NCBI RefSeq assembly: GCF_000698785.1
Contig: NZ_CP007536.1
Span: 1,920,001 to 1,952,000 of the forward strand
DNA: 32,000 bases
Origin: Nitrososphaera viennensis EN76
GTDB taxonomy: Archaea; Thermoproteota; Nitrososphaeria; Nitrososphaerales; Nitrososphaeraceae
Direction of reading: 5' to 3'
A program made the position numbers and the translations under genes. A model generated the notes under the pieces. That model did not search any database. It was given only the letters and a program-made list of their open reading frames with translations, and was not told the origin of the DNA. Shown piece by piece: positions 31,595 to 32,000 of this stretch (position 1 is the first letter of the stretch; each line of letters opens with the position of its first letter).

Positions 31595-31861
31595 TTATTT
31601 GTCGTCCAGGAACGTCATCTGAGGCAGGTTGACAGAAGGATTCTCTTTTAGTGCCTGCGCGTGAATCGATTCTATGTACTTGCGTGCCCGGGTTAGATCG
31701 TTAGTCTGGAAGATAAACAGCACTTCGTTTGAGTCATCCGCATTGCGCCAAACGTGCTTCAGGTACAGCCCCTGCTCTGCGTGCTTTAGTACGTCTGCCT
31801 TCAGCACGCTCTTGATGTCTTCAAATTTTGCTCCTCTGAGTTTTGCCAGTACGTGTGCCAT
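31595..31861 (-). CDS. Small alpha+beta protein (ferredoxin-like/ABM-like appearance), function unknown
   Basis: 88-aa ORF with an ATG start: AKFEDIKSVLKADVLKHAEQGLYLKHVWRNADDSNEVLFIFQTNDLTRARKYIES. No motif I can assign firmly. Confidence 0.55.
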   Translation of the reverse strand: MAHVLAKLRGAKFEDIKSVLKADVLKHAEQGLYLKHVWRNADDSNEVLFIFQTNDLTRARKYIESIHAQALKENPSVNLPQMTFLDDK

Positions 31862-32000
31862 GATATATTGAGCCTAGTGTTATCTCTGTATCTATATGAA
31901 AATATCTTCAGGCTGTAGTTCGGAAATAGCCGTGAACCCCGCTCAAGAACCAAACGGCATCAAGACATTTTATCAAGTTTTACCAGATAATATGCGATGC

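Noticed and set aside
1-32000. Search for tRNA, rRNA, CRISPR arrays, transposases, integrases or long terminal/direct repeats
   Set aside because: I saw no T-arm-like GGTTCGAATC motifs in cloverleaf context, no regularly spaced repeats, no DDE or tyrosine-recombinase-like ORFs, and no long duplicated segments by eye. A computational repeat, tRNA and covariance scan would be needed to exclude them formally.

Overview
This is an archaeal chromosomal segment, most consistent with a Nitrososphaeria (Thaumarchaeota) genome. Supporting evidence: a nearly complete A-type (A1AO) ATP synthase gene set, a protein ending in the thaumarchaeal PEFG-CTERM sorting signal, and TATA-like boxes about 30 nt upstream of many start codons, which suggests short or absent leaders. 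I found no bacterial-type signals.

The backbone is G+C rich (hand-counted 60-nt lines in atpA and atpI gave 45/60 and 38/60 G+C). From left to right it carries:
- an ArsR-like regulator, a small membrane protein, CcdA, and a membrane-anchored thioredoxin with a DipZ-like C-terminus
- a solitary pyrI
- an MBL-like gene flanked by small membrane proteins
- an NFACT/Rqc2-type ribosome quality-control factor, a CBS plus zinc-ribbon protein, and a Mut7-C RNase
- atpE-A-B-D, then atpK-I, with atpC convergent on the other strand
- cbiT
- an orphan SPPY DNA methyltransferase
- a CDF metal exporter
- several uncharacterised membrane and surface proteins

A clearly lower-GC block at about 4.14-6.38 kb (hand-counted lines 26/60, 26/60 and 21/60 G+C) carries two divergent secreted proteins. 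The right end, about 26.5-32 kb, is a patchwork of short, poorly characterised genes separated by unusually long AT-rich spacers.

I found no rRNA, tRNA, CRISPR array, transposase or integrase.

The items most worth follow-up are:
- an unlisted 42-codon coiled-coil ORF coupled to atpD, a candidate for the missing stalk subunit
- the duplicated-motif membrane protein, its surface partner and the CDF transporter, with a 22-bp palindrome in the czcD promoter region
- a minus-strand trio of a nuclease-fold-like protein, an F420/PPOX-type protein and a classical C2H2 zinc-finger protein
- a translationally coupled pair of small unknown proteins
- the MBL-like protein with a degenerate metal motif and an unknown C-terminal domain
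- several long convergent intergenic gaps with strong inverted repeats that could encode small RNAs

All functional calls rest on motifs I recognise by eye. No database search was run.
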